NCBI GenBank assembly: GCA_965235115.1
Contig: OZ249447.1
Location: 9,610,001 to 9,674,000, forward strand
Length of the DNA: 64,000 nt
From: Laetmonice hystrix
Lineage: Eukaryota
Direction of reading: 5' to 3'
Shown here piece by piece: positions 1 to 13,293 of the stretch (positions are counted from its first letter, which is position 1; every line of letters starts with the position of its first letter). Both the position numbers and the translations under genes were made by a program. Under the pieces are notes generated by a model, which saw nothing but the letters and a program-made list of their open reading frames with translations, did no database searches and was not told where the DNA came from.

Positions 1-1690
1 AGCCAGTGTCGAATCCCTATCCTTAGAATTAGGCGCACCAAATGGTCTTTGTCAGACTCCAAATGTTGACGGTTCCTGGGTAAGAAGCAAGGAAACAAGG
101 CTCAACAATGTTCTTATCTCAAGTGTGGCGGCTTCGTGCTCACAACTGAGACGTCTCCTGGCCTTTCTATTACCGTATATCAATAGAATCTGACAAAGAT
201 GTATGCAGACGACATCCGTGAAATGCAGAAACCGTGTCCGCCGCGCACGTCTATAGCAGTTGGTATTGGAAAGGCGTGTCGCGTGTCCTGCCCTCGGTCA
301 AGGCTCACATTTCCGCGGGAATATCCTGCCTTTATTTCACACATTTTCAGCCTGACGCGGATAGAGCTTTGCGCAGGTGGTCGGGCGGGGTTAGTGGTGG
401 TCGATGTATGACGTCTTGCTCGGGGTGTGGACAGCGCGGAGGTCGCAGTTGGTCGATCATGCGGGATTGAACGAAGCCCTTGTACACCTCAAGTCTACTT
501 TGCTAATGTTCCTGACGTGATTAAGTTCAATGCATTGGAACGTGCAAGGATCTGCAGATTATCGAAGTTCACGCAATGAACTACGTGGATCAATGTAAAA
601 ATGCAGTATTGATAAAGCCAAGTAAATTCACCTTGGAACATTACGGTCTGTTGACCATACATCTATTTCCGAGCTTTGCCTTTACACAGCGACAGTAAAA
701 AGGCCACCCAGAGCGTACAATGTTTCATTTAATAAGCCTCAACTTGGAGTATTTCTTTGTTAAGGCTCTTTTTCCATGGTTCTTTATTAGCCCAATTCTA
801 CAGCTTCCCTGTGCCGAAGCAGACAGTTTATAATGATAGGAACTGCTCCGTTTTCTGCGAACAGTTGAGAAACGACTTTCCGTTGTTTGTTGCAGCTGCA
901 CAAGTTGGGCGGAAAGCTAATTTCCGGTTGGGCACCAAGCGAGGGGCCAACCAGGAGGCGAGGAGACGGCAATCAGTATAGACGATCCATAGAATGCTCC
1001 AACCAATGTGGCAGCTTCTTACCGTACCACCAATGGGGGCGGGGTGGGGGATGGTGGGGCATACGGACTTGTTGAGTAATTGGCCATCAGCTCCGAGTTG
1101 GTGTGCTGGCATGCGGTTGACACGCAAAATTTCCAGTTTTTCGTACACCCTCCACTGCTGCCCTCACGGACACGTCGCTATTTATCCAGGTGAGGACTTC
1201 ACACCTTCCAGTCTGGTCATTTACACAGGCCACCCCCCCCCCTCCCAGTTGGAACTACCTGGTTACCTGATGGTATAGTTTAAAATGTCAGCGTGGTGGG
1301 GGCGATTATGATGGCGTCAGTGCCAGGCTGAACGAGCTCGTTGGAAGGCCACGACTGTCGGCGGCTGATCACATGACCTGATGGAAGAGACCAGCGGGAC
1401 ACGTTAGTTCAAAGGGCGGGGAAAACGTCCGTGCCCACGGCAGGTTTCACCAAATGGAGCGAATTCACAGCGCCCACTGGCGAGTATACGGTGGGATACT
1501 GGTCGAGACGACAGGAAGGTTTGGTGAACCTTCAGCGAAAACTTTACTTCTTCATTAATAAGGAGAGTCAAGGGGATCTGCAAAAAATTCATTCTCGCAC
1601 TTCTTTGATGCTATATTTTCACAAACAAATTGATAAGGGATTTTCAAGGTTCCAATTTGATACCGTAGTCGAAACGGTATAAGGAAATCC
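1..1690 (+). mobile_element. Decayed CRE-like (restriction-endonuclease-type) non-LTR retrotransposon, 3' part
   Basis: Residual motifs occur in the expected order across stops and frameshifts: LGAPNG..WV..K...LL..YINR (~25-190), DADRAL (~350), QYRRS/HRMLQP (~975-1005), VETTGRFGEP (~1502-1531). These resemble CRE/Cnl1-clade post-RT and RLE motifs (LGAPIG, LL..CIN.R, EYR.ALR.RLL, VETTGRLG). Recognition by eye only. Confidence 0.4.
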
Positions 1691-2169
1691 CCGGTGTATG
1701 ATTAAGTACCATGATACCTTGGGACACCACAAAAAGATGTTGCGCAAACGGAACTGTTGCTTTAACCGTCGCCATGGTAGAGTAGGCTTTTTAACTGTGT
1801 ACAGATACTTAAAGATGCTCGGGGTAGGCGCATCATTAATGCAGTTTACGTGTTTTCCTTGATCGGCCTTCTGAGAAAATAATACTTTCTATGATCCATA
1901 ATCCGCCGGCCCTAGGTCCTGAATGCTGCAACAGTCCGACGCTTTCCAGGTCAACTTCAACACAAGTGTGTGGTTGAGGGTGAGTGGGTGGGATGGGTGT
2001 GGGCGTAGGTTATTACATGATGGGTGTGGGCGTGGGTTATTACATGGCCATGGGTTTAAACCCGAGTGTTGGTACGGCTGGGCCTGAGCTGGGTTGGGCT
2101 TGGGCTTGAGCTGCCTGCATGGCTTTTTTCAGCAGTTGTGTAAACCCGTTGTGTATTTTAACTACACAT

Positions 2170-2327
2170 TTTTTCGAATTTCGGAATAGTTTTCTTGAAA
2201 TGAATATATGCATAAATTCCTTCTGAAAAGCTAGATTTATGTCGACATATAGCACGTCCATTGGAATGCGCGGCCAAGTATTGGCGTGGTTAAAGTTCAA
2301 TAATTTATGGCTGCCTTCATTGCACAC
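2170..2327 (-). mobile_element. CR1-like LINE reverse-transcriptase fragment
   Basis: ORF 2040..2327(-) contains MDVLYVDINLAFQKEFMH...RKL, resembling the RT motif vDviYlDfsKAFDkV.H..L..KL, preceded by a KLLNF stretch resembling tNLLeF. Confidence 0.35.
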
Positions 2328-4519
2328 TACTCTCTATATTATGATTAACGTCAAGGTAGACGAATGATACAATTAATACAATGGATACCTTCGGGTATAC
2401 TATTATCTGCCAGTCCGCCATCCTACATGGTCTCAGGCTACATCAACATAACACATTTATGCGCAAAAGGGCTCGGCACATGAGAGATTTTGATTAGGTT
2501 AACAGACTACCAAGAATCAATATTTCATCGCTTACTGTAATCATTTGATATCACATGTGTGCTGATTGGTGGGGTTTCGACAAACTGTCTACTGGTGGAT
2601 CCCCAATGTCTGATCCACACCATAACATGAATATGAGAAACCATCGAGTCATTATCTTCTGACACCAACAGAGATTTATTACTCCAATCGCTGGTCCTCC
2701 ACAAGGGAGATGGCCTTAACGGTCGGTCCGTGCCCGCCCGCCTAACCTGGGCTGCATGGCGCCGCCGTGGTCGCCGGGAGCGCCGGGAGGTCCTGCTCCT
2801 ACGGGCCGGTCGCAAATCCCCGCCCACCGTCGACAAGCATGTCATGAAGGTCGGCCGACCGCCTCGTCCGACACTTGGGCCCCGGGACGACACGGCCAAT
2901 GTTGAAACATTCCCCCACTTAATACGCTTCGACCCATAAACATGATCCGCTGGCCTTTGTAATGGCCAATGTAGCTGTTTTATGACGGCCGAGGCTGGGG
3001 TCTGCCCGACATACGGTCTGTCTGATCGGCGGCCGGCCAGTAGAGACGGATGGCCTCTGGCCGCCTGGTGGTCTCCGACAGGCCACCGACCCAGCGGCGG
3101 GCCCTGTGGTCCATCGATTCGTCATCAAACTGCCAGAACAGAACCACAGACGTCATGGTTTTATAGGACGCCGCGTCCGTGACGTATCGTCTCAGATTGG
3201 CTCGGGTTGTGACGTCGACGGACTTACACGATGTCGCTGCCATAACGCATGTGTGTGCATTCATAATGTTCACAAAATCGTACAATTTAGTCTCAGCCTT
3301 GAGGTCGACATGTGTGAACTATCATTCGTTTAATATATTTATGAATCCGGTAATATCCCATGGTCTTGGGTGGTTATTTCCGTCGAGATCTAGGGAGAAA
3401 GATTTTTTAGGTGGGTAGCCTACTTTCCGACTTGCCTTGGTTTCCGCACATTTTCTTTCCCCTTTTCTCTCGTTGCCTCCGTCATCATCATCATTATCGT
3501 CGCCCTTTTCGGTGGACCGAAGATGGAGTGTGAAACGGTCGTTGTCGCCCTGAAGATGGCCTCTGTGCTGACAGGGCGTGAAGCCACCGTTAACTCACTC
3601 TTCGTGACGCTCCATCTTGTCACAGACAATACGTTAGTTTCAAACGGCCGCGGCAATGTGTGTAATAACCAAGGAGAGACAGATCGTACGTCAAACCCTC
3701 TGTGCCTAGTTAGAGGTCATTAAGGAAGATTAAAGGTCATTATGGGAGCCTGCGTCACGTCTATCGGTGGACACTCCAGCTGTGTTTGGTGAGGTGTTGG
3801 TTGTTAGAAGATGTTCTCATCTGCCGAACTGACCAGATACCCTTCAGTAGAAAAGGTCAGACCGGGGTCAACATGGCGGCGTTGTACCCCAGGTGTAACC
3901 TTTACTGTGCCCACCGCTCGTTTATACCATCAGGAGTATAGTTTAGTAGCCACTGGAATGTATGTGTTGACATTTCAGATAAATTTACATAGTTTAACAC
4001 TTGCAAGGTTCAAACCCCGTATAGCTGTGTCTATGTTCAGTCTCAGCCCATGAATGTAGAAGTAGGCCTACCCGTGCATGCCCCTACGCAGCGACTATAC
4101 GAACGGTAAATATCCCTATCCCCCTCCATGGGCCGCCGAGCTCCACTTTCTGGAAAGTGAAAGGCCTATGTCAAAAGAAAGGTCCAGATTATAATGAAAC
4201 ATGCCTCCCCGGATCTGTTAAGTGGAACGCGGCCCCCTTTTTTTTAAATTTTCGTGTATTTTTTCTTGTTGATGTAGGAATAAACACCTGCATACTCGAC
4301 GCCGGAAGTAACATTGCACGAGGCAATTTTCATGTTTAAACGCATAATTCTATATGGACTAAACAGTTGGTTATAAAGTGTCGCATTTCACTTAAGGTTT
4401 GATCATAAATAGGCTTGCATAGGTTGATATTTATCAGCTGAAATTAAAGAAATTTTGGTGTTAAAGCCAAATACGATGGAAGGTGATATAAACATGTTGC
4501 AGGTGGTGGCGAATCGTTA

Positions 4520-4730
4520 ATAACGTTTAAGGTGGGCCGAGAAGCCGGCAGAAAAAGGCGAAACAAAAGGAGGTCGAACCAGCTTCAGGGCGCGGAAACG
4601 GGGAAGCCATAAATTAGTAATTGATTACCGCGCCGGTGGCGAAGCCAGCTCTGACATAGGAAATTGTCTGCGAAGCTACAAAGGCTTCTATTTACCACAA
4701 TGAAGGGAGGGCTTGGCGCCAGGTGTAAGA
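4520..4730 (+). mobile_element. RTE-like LINE 3' remnant
   Basis: RLRWAEK at ~4524 (cf. RLRWAGH) and RAWRQV at ~4708 (cf. R..WR..V), in the order seen at RTE ORF C-termini; stops present. Confidence 0.3.
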
Positions 4731-5182
4731 ATAGGGGACCGGGATTCCCACGCCAGTTGGTGGGCGTAGACATTTCTTTCGTCTGTTACAAATAGACAAA
4801 AGAGACAGCTCGTCATAAAGTACCGCCTGTTATATAGACGTTCAGAAACCGAAGAAGATGGTTTTTAAGAATGTCAAGAAAGTAGGTTACAAAATCGATA
4901 ACGAAAGCGATGTGGCGGTTAATAATAAGATGGATATGGCAAGAAAAAACACAAGGAAGCTAAGCGATGCTTGAAATAGTTAAACAGCTATACATATTCA
5001 AATGATTTGACATATATTCCCGCTGTATTCTTGTGTCTTCAGTCCTAATGGTACGTGATATTATTCTCAGAATTGGGCACATAGGACCGGAAATCAGGCG
5101 GTATTAGGCTAAGTGACGATTACTTCCGACTATAGTTGACATACTTCTTACACGCGGATTAGTTCCAATCATGTTTAAAGGC

Positions 5183-5477
5183 AAACTGCAGGCCATGGCT
5201 CGCATCATGCCCAATGTACATGGCTAATAATTATATCCTTGATATATAACCTAAACTGGAAAAACTGCAGGCCATGGCTCGCATAACCTAAACTGGAAAA
5301 ACTGCAGGCCATGGCTCGCATAACCTAAACTGGACAAACTGCAGGTCATGGCTCGCATAACCTAAACTGGACAAACTGCAGGTCATGGCTCGCATAACCT
5401 AAACTGGACAAACTGCAGGCCATGGCTCGCATCATGCCCCATGTACATGGCTAATATATCCTTGATAACCTAAACTG
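5183..5477. repeat. Modular 37-bp tandem repeat, arrangement X-Y-Z-(X-Z)x4-X-Y-Z
   Basis: X=aaactgcaggccatggctcgcat, Z=aacctaaactgga(c/a), Y=catgcc(c/a)atgtacatggctaat..tatccttgat; read directly from the sequence. Confidence 0.9.
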
Positions 5478-6533
5478 ATCAATTGTAATTAATTGACCTG
5501 ATTTGTCATCAATTCTATAGAGGGATAATAACCCCCCTCCCCATGTGTACAACTCAGTACGATTAAGAAATGACAATGTGTGACCAATCCCCCCCTCCAA
5601 ATTACCCCAACTTTACATGAATGTTAGTTTATTTGAAAGTACTAACAGTATGGCGCAACACGCGTCACACTTGCCATATTAGATGACGTCCATCTGCTGG
5701 TGAACGGCTTCTCGCTGTATATACCACGCATTGTGTCTTCCCCTCTCAACCCCCGCCACCGTCTTGTTCTACTGCACGTCCTGACTCACGTTCAGTGAAT
5801 CGGTCGATGATTCGCAGGCTCACACCTTTCCTCCGACTCCGCCGGTAATTAGAGAAAATGACTTTATCACGTTATTGCTGATTAGGAGTAGAAACGGCAC
5901 GTACCAAATGCCACCCTTAGTGGCTGGGCTTTCCCGCATGTGCTCTACGTCATCATTCCGATCGGAATTTCCCTTTGATGTACTAAAATCAGCTTCTTGA
6001 CGACGGCCTTTCCAGCCTCGACATTTTCATTGCGTTTTTGTTTTAAAATAAGAGCCAACTTTGCAGGTTGATCTAAACCGCATTGGAAGCCCGACGGTCG
6101 AGGTCGGGACATCCCGTTAGTTTCAGTGGGCAGACACGAAGCAGCGTAGGCGGTTAAAATAGCACCACTTAAATCTGTACTAATTTATACAAAAGACAAT
6201 TTAAAAACTTGTTCCGACTCTTTTACTGATCAAAGGTAACAAGAAGTAACATTCATCGAAACATTTGACTGACCGCATGCTATTTATTGCTTCGACACTG
6301 TAATTGCATGATTTCCTTGAATCGGTTGTGCATTTCAAGATAGTGAAACTACGCATAGGCAGGAACTGTCCGTAAGACAGTTTAGACCCGGACGGGAGAA
6401 AGAAGAAAGAAGAAACTCTACCCAATGTAGCCATAGAATGTAGTAGGATAGGGTTCGGGTGGTACGTTTGTAATGCTTAAAAAGAAGGTTGTTGGCCAAA
6501 ATATCACAGATATTAGATAAGATATTTATCTTA

Positions 6534-6664
6534 AGGCCCAGATACACAAACCGTTTTACGGCCGATTTTGACATACGGCCGGTTTTTCTCCACATAGGAA
6601 AACTATGGAGAAAAACCGGCCGTATCTTAAAATCGGCCGTAAATCGGTTTGTGTATCTGGGCCT
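6534..6664. mobile_element. 131-bp near-perfect foldback MITE, probably PIF/Harbinger-type
   Basis: Left arm aggcccagatacacaaaccgttttacggccgatttt..tacggccggtttttctcca pairs with right arm tggagaaaaaccggccgta..aaaatcggccgtaaatcggtttgtgtatctgggcct. TTA flanks both ends (6531-6533, 6665-6667), consistent with a 3-bp TWA target-site duplication. Confidence 0.85.
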
Positions 6665-9600
6665 TTATACTCTTAAAACACGGGTAAAGGACAATTGCCG
6701 GTTTCAGTTCAATGGAAATATCCAATTTTTTCCGCGAAATTTCGCATATAGATCTACACACAAAATGAAGTAATTAATGACAACATTCTATATAGTTAAG
6801 GACTCCAACCATTTCACCAATGTGTTTTAAGAATGCCAATTTTAGAATATTTTGTCAGTTTACCTTCACTTTAAGATACATGCTGGATCTCCTTCCTTGG
6901 ACTTCTCTTTCAGAATTTGTTATTTTATCCGTTTTTTCCCTAATGATCCATTTACGATCCGTAAGTCTTAGCGTTTTTCCAGTCGCATGTCAAAGGCGCC
7001 AGTATTTCTGCAAAAGTATTCCGTCTAAATTAATCCAACACCCATCGCAAGGATTGGCGATCAGAGATAAAGCTCTGTTAAGACTTCTGTGAGAAAACTT
7101 TCTAAGCTTCACAGGTTTGGTGCAACTGATCACTGAAAATGAATAATTATTCTTAACTCTCTTTTAATCGCAGTCTTATAGGTGAGGCAATTCTTCTAAA
7201 AAAAAACTTGAGGGAACAAATACGAAAACAAAAATCTGAATCAGACCAAAATGAACTAAGAAAACACCATTCAAAATCGACTTGAGAATCATTCGACGTG
7301 CCCATGGCTGCCGTATTAGGAAACATCTGAGGGTAGAAATCTGGTAAGAAATGAGAAGAGAAGGTGGATTTCTTTGGCCCTCAAAGTCGTTTCGTTTGTT
7401 GTCGGTTCACCATAAAGAGAGATGTCGTGACGGATGACGGTGTCATCAATCATTTCCTTCGAGTTCCAAATAGCTTAAGTTAAACTCAAACAATGGACGT
7501 CAAAGGGAGCGAACGATCGGCGGTCCCTGTGGTGAAAAGCCGGGCTGTATCTTGGAGTTGAGCCCATTAATTAAAGCATGTTGACTAGCGGTTGGAATGG
7601 GTCGGCAGGTTTCAGGACTGCCATGACAGGCATGAATCCATAAAGTCATTCTACATTACTAACGTCTCGGAGTGATCCCCACTTTCTCGCAGGGGATAAA
7701 GCCGAAATAAACTGACAAAATGTATATACACACAGATCAAAGATTGATGGCAAGAAACTCTTATCTGTATTTAACGATAACTGTATGGATCTGACCGACC
7801 AATTTTTATGTAATCGTTTGATTGGCCAAGATACGCCGACAACAAGATATACATGTAGTCTCGCTATATCATACACATAATCAGGCTCATACGCAGGATT
7901 TCTTTTTTTTAGGGGGGAGAGGTGCGTGTCTTCTGAAAATGGACCTTTGCGAGTGTGTCCGAGAGTATTTTTTTTATTTAGCCTATTGGCATACGTGTGT
8001 ATATTTAATTATTTATTCACTTTGGAGGGAGGCCTTTGTCATTTCATATCTGTGGGCTATGCATTTTAGGACTTGCAAAAAGTGGACCTGGGGGCTCATG
8101 GGATGGGGGGGGGGTAATTCATATGTGTTTAATCTCTAAATTGCCTTTCTTCCTCGACAAACTAATCTTCTTAATTAAATAATATCGTATAGAAAAACAA
8201 ACTCTACAAACAAACAAAGACACAAACACAAATGAACAATCAACAGACTGGCGATAATGACTGGCGATCAATGACCGAGTCTTCCTATAACTAAAAGGAG
8301 CTAGTATAGCACGTCGTGGTGTCTCCGTGGTGAACAATCTAAAGATGTTTCAGATCTAACATTCGATTATCTTGCTACAACAGACAGGTCTGTACGACAA
8401 ATAAAGATCTGTGAGGCCGTAGGAAAATTGATGCACCACGACACTGAATTAAAGACATTGAAAGCTAAATTTACCAGTCTTTTTTTAAATATTAACATCT
8501 AAATGCGGAACGCCGTGTCTATTTTCGACTGTCCATAAAGGCCGTATTTATATGCATGCTTCATATGGTGGGAAATGGCCCTTGATTAGAACGCGTCTCA
8601 GATGTTGCGACATTAGTGTATTATCTTGTCCCACTCGCATTGTTACTGTTAGTTTTATAGACGTTTCATATATGTCTCCTTACACGCTGAACATATACCT
8701 AGACAGACTGTAGTGTTGGCACGGTTCGGCCCCTTCTGTTCGGGATAGAGGTCAGTTATATTAAAGGACAATGTTATTCCCGCCAGAATATGGCTGCAGT
8801 ATAGGCTAACTAACATAATTGGTCACTTTGAATTACAACTCATGCGTCACTCTGTCGTAACAAATTAAAGATTATTAGTCAATATGATCATATAATTATC
8901 GAAATAAAGCAGGATGTCGTCCTCTCTAACGTTATCAAATCTTCTTAAAGTTATCACGGGAAATAAAAAAAATGTATAAATGATGAGAGGCGCCTACGCC
9001 GTCCGTGGTATTTTTTTATAACTCTTCCCTTTTCTTCAGTAAATTTTCGGCATGATAATGTGATATAGTGAGGTACATTATGATTGAAGGGCGGCTGGTC
9101 TGCCAGTATTTGCCGACGGTTGAAAGGCGCCTGCAGTGCACGCCGACGGTTCGTGCGATGACAAACGTGCTGCAGCCATGGGTGGGAGTAAGTAGTCGAC
9201 GTGTGCTATCTATCTGTGCCTTGGACGACTCCCTTAAATCACCGGGTTGATAGCTCGGAGCCCCCGTCTATCCGGGTGGTCACCCGTGTATACCCTCCAC
9301 CTCAGCCCTGTCTTTGAAATCAAGGCAGAACAATTTTTGTCGACGGTGGGGAAGTCGTGTATACCAAAAACCTGGCGTGAAGTCACAAAAATGTTGCCTT
9401 GGTTTCAGTATCAACCCCCAGAAAAAGATTAACTTCAGGATCTTTAGGTCTGTACTAAGTAGGGATCTTTATGGAAAAAAAGGCGCAAAATGGTGAGCAA
9501 ATTATGTCGACGGAGTGAACCGTCCTGCTGAGTTGCCGATACCTTGGTACATGGCAGCACGGAGTCCAGCGGTGCCGACTTGTTATCGTACCTCCTCGTC

Positions 9601-9766
9601 TTTACCAAACTTTCCTATCCAAACTTTCCCATCCAAACCAACATGTGACCCAAGCTGCCATTGGACAACTCCAACCTTCATTTAAAACACGCGGCCTATT
9701 TCTCTTCATGTAATAATAAAACATTGAACCGAATTCAATACTTTCCCCAAGCTTCGTTCGCTGGTA

Positions 9767-9920
9767 CATCACATGTGCCGCGTGCCGTATCACATGTGCC
9801 GCGTGCCGTATCACATGGGCCGCGTGCCGCATCACATGGGCCGCGTGCCGCATCACATGGGCCGAGTGCCGCATCACATGGGCCGCGTGCCGCATTACAT
9901 GGGCCGCGTGCCGCATCACA
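9767..9920. repeat. 21-bp minisatellite, ~7 copies (catcacatgggccgcgtgccg)
   Basis: Direct tandem copies; they explain the periodic ORFs 9602..9934(-), 9661..9966(+) and 9773..9985(+). Confidence 0.95.
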
Positions 9921-10844
9921 GGTTCAGACAACATTGTTCAGTATTTCGGAATTCAAATCCAAGTGACGTTGGTTGGAAAACTTGATGCCATCAGTTGTGC
10001 CTCCGTAAACCCATTTCACTTATTACCAGACAATATTTCAGACTGTGGAAGGGCGTCAGGGAAGGGCCCTCCCGGCGTAATGAGGCAATACATCGATAAC
10101 GAGAATTGCTAACAAACCATTTTTTCTTATTGCAAAACATGAGAATCGATTTAGTTGATGCGATATGCAATATGCATGATAATTTTGTAAGTGAATTTAA
10201 CTAGAGCCTGTTGGAACCAGTCCGTTAATGTCTTTCGACGCTTCACTTTCGAAGGCACAATTTTTCATTATTAAGAGGCACCGCCTAATTTATGTCACCC
10301 TAATGGCAGAGTAAAAGATGGACCGAAATGAAATGACGGTACAGAAATGCACGGACCAAATCATTAAAATGACCTTCAAGTATTATATGACAGTTCTTGA
10401 CATGCTGTAAAATTGGCTTCCTCGTCTTCCCCACATTACAAAGTCAGATTGGTCTGTCTACTGCCAGTAAGACTTCATAAATTAAAAAACGTTTTATTAG
10501 AAGTCAACTTTAAAATCAGTTGTTTATATTAACATATCATTGATTACTTTTGTACGACCACGAAAATTATCATGCTTTCCCATTCCGACCATATAGAACT
10601 AGAAGACGCTATCATAATTAATAGAAACCTATGGATTCAAATATCAATATGGTGGGGTGTGATTTTTTTCTCAGTTTTTAATGGTTCATTATCTGTATGT
10701 ACGGTACGGTACCTATAATGTTCTGCAAGGCGACCTCCTCTGCGTACTACGTTACACGCTGACGTGGAGCTAGTTGGGGCTGTCGAACTGCTGGCGTCTT
10801 TAAGATGGGAGATGTGGCACAGCACGTAGGTCTGTCGAGATATA

Positions 10845-11450
10845 GGCCGTCCCTTGGGGACGGGTCAGGGCATCCCATGACGTGGATAACAATTAATGCC
10901 GAACTGACTGGCAAAGATGACATTCTTCCGTTCGATGGAACCGCACAGCCGACCAGAGCCGTAGCTTAGCGTCAATCAGTCGAGATACATTGACTCTGAT
11001 ATCTCGGCTTGTCTCTAGTGGTGAATCTTCAAGAAATGGCAGTCTCCATGGGAAACACATCACTACGGAAAAGTGGGTAACCATGGGAATGCGAATAACC
11101 AAGCAATAGTAGAATAAATATTCAATTTCTTAGGTGTAAACATTGATTTGGAAGAACGTGAAGATAATCAAGGCCGCGCATCCCCAGTGGCGCATCTAAT
11201 TATCCTTTATGTCAACACGAGGCCGGCGAATACTGCTCTGCTGACCATTTACAGTATGCCCAGAGTGTACACACAAGAAATGTATCTAGAACCTCATTTA
11301 CAAAGACGTCTGTTTCTCATGACGACAGTATTGATGCAATCCTCCCGATTAGTGTACGTCCATGTTATAAGTCTGGCAAGCATGTTGCCGACCGGTATCT
11401 ATGACTATAACTGAGTTAGGATATGGAAACAGCGAACTCTCGAGAGACAC
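10845..11450 (+). mobile_element. Decayed CR1/L2-type LINE reverse transcriptase
   Basis: VPWG (10849; cf. VPQG), KDD (~10913; cf. ADD), FLGVNID (~11127; cf. YLGV.ID), LY..RP and LQRR in the correct order, with frameshifts. Confidence 0.55.
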
Positions 11451-11768
11451 TGTCCATCGACCAACTCTTCCCATTCCGGCACAGGGAACAGTTCCGGCTG
11501 AATACCTATAATGAAGTAGCAGTAATCAATGTGCAATTGCTCGAGCAGGCGAGAGGATGATCACTTTACTTTGGTATAGTAGCTGGGCAATTGCATAATA
11601 GTTCGTGTAAACTGTGTCCATGTGCAGAAAATTGAATTAGCGATAGGAGTCGGGTAAATTGACCTCCACCTTGGAGGAACGCTGGGAGTGGAGGTAAGCA
11701 AGCGTCTTCAGCAGATTTTAACTTGGGTACTGCTTCTTGGACCGATACTTGCCACGTATCGCGTCGTC

Positions 11769-13107
11769 CAGCCTGACCATCTGCCCTACCGTTATCCATC
11801 CCGTAACACGTACAGCCTGACCATCTGGCCTACCGTTATCATTCCCGTAACACGTACAGCCTGACCATCTGGCCCTACCGTTATCATTCCTGTAACACGT
11901 ACAGCCTGACCATCTAGCCCTACCGTTATCATTCCCGTAACACGTACAGCCTGACCATCTGGCCCTACCGTTATCATTCCCGTAACACGTACAGCCTGAC
12001 CATCTGACCCTACCGTTATCCATCCCGTAACACGTACAGCCTGACCATCTGGCCCTACCGTTATCATTCCCGTAACAGGTACAGCCTGACCATCTGGCCC
12101 TACCGTTATCATTCCCGTAACACGTACAGCCTGACCATCTGGCCCTACCGTTATCATTCCCGTAACACGTACAGCCTGACCATCTGGCCCTACCGTTATC
12201 ATTCCCGTAACACGTACAGCCTGACCATCTGGCCCCACCGTTATCATTCCCGTAACACGTACAGCCTGACCATCTGGCCCTACCGTTATCATTCCCGTAA
12301 CACGTACAGCCTGACCATCTGGCCCTACCGTTATCCAACCCGTAACACGTACAGCCTGACCATCTGGCCCTACCGTTATCCATCCCGTAACACGTACAGC
12401 CTGACCATCTGGCCCTACCGTTATCCATCCCGTAACACGTACAGCCTGACCATCTGGCCCTACCGTTATCATTCCTGTAACACGTACAGCCTGACCATCT
12501 GCCCTACCGTTATCATTCCCGTAACACATAGCTACAGCCTGACCATCTGGCCCTACCGTTATCATTCCCGTAACACGTACAACCTGATCATCTGGCCCTA
12601 CCGTTATCATTCCCGTAACACGTACAGCCTGACCATCTGGCCCTACCGTTATCCATCCCGTAACACGTACAGCCTGACCATCTGGCCGTACTGTTATCAT
12701 TCCTGTAACACGTACAGCCTGACCATCTGGCCCTACCGTTATCATTCCCGTAACACGTAGCTACAGCCTGACCATCTGGCCCTACCGTTATCATTCCCGT
12801 AACAAGTAGCTACAGCCTGACCATCTGGCCCTACCGTTATCATTCCCGTAACACGTACAGCCTGACCATCTGGCCCTACCGTTATCATTCCTGTAACACG
12901 TACAGCCTGACCATCTGGCCCTACTGTTATCATTCCCGTAACACGTACAGCCTGACCATCTGGCCCTACCGTTATCATTCCCGTAACACGTACAGCCTGA
13001 CCATCTGGCCCTACCGTTATCATTCCCGTAACACGTACAGCCTGACCATCTGGCCCTACCGTTATCCAACCCGTAACACGTACAGCCTGACCATCTGGCC
13101 CTACCGT
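11769..13107. repeat. 45-bp minisatellite, ~30 copies (ccctaccgttatcattcccgtaacacgtacagcctgaccatctgg)
   Basis: Direct tandem copies with variants (atccatccc/atccaaccc, 1-nt deletions, +4 tagc insertions); source of the ORFs at 11718-13116. Confidence 0.98.
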
Positions 13108-13217
13108 GATGGTCATGTAGAGCAGTGCAAACCTACAAATGTTGAAATTTGTCCTCTTTGGTGTCTCATAGACATGGGCAGTTCAATCTAAAGATCGTCA
13201 AGACGAGAACGTCCTTT

Positions 13218-13293
13218 AGGAGGGAGGAGGGAGGGAGGGAGGGAGGGAGGGAGGGCGGCAGGGAGGCAGGGAGGCAGGGAGGCAGGGAGGGAG
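13218..13293. repeat. (GGGA)/(GGCA) purine-rich microsatellite
   Basis: agggaggaggagggaggga...ggcagggaggcaggga. Confidence 0.9.

Noticed and set aside
9046-9600. Possible RLE-type LINE 3' end (RHDNV, GSLG) followed by an LTR-like aataaa...tggtaca end near 9716-9768
   Set aside because: Motifs are too short and inconsistent in spacing to support a call.
11718-13116. Long ORFs (236-317 aa) of MITVGPDGQAVRVTG / NDNGRARWSGCTCYG repeats
   Set aside because: By-product of a stop-free 45-bp unit; the array contains -1 and +4 frameshifting variants.
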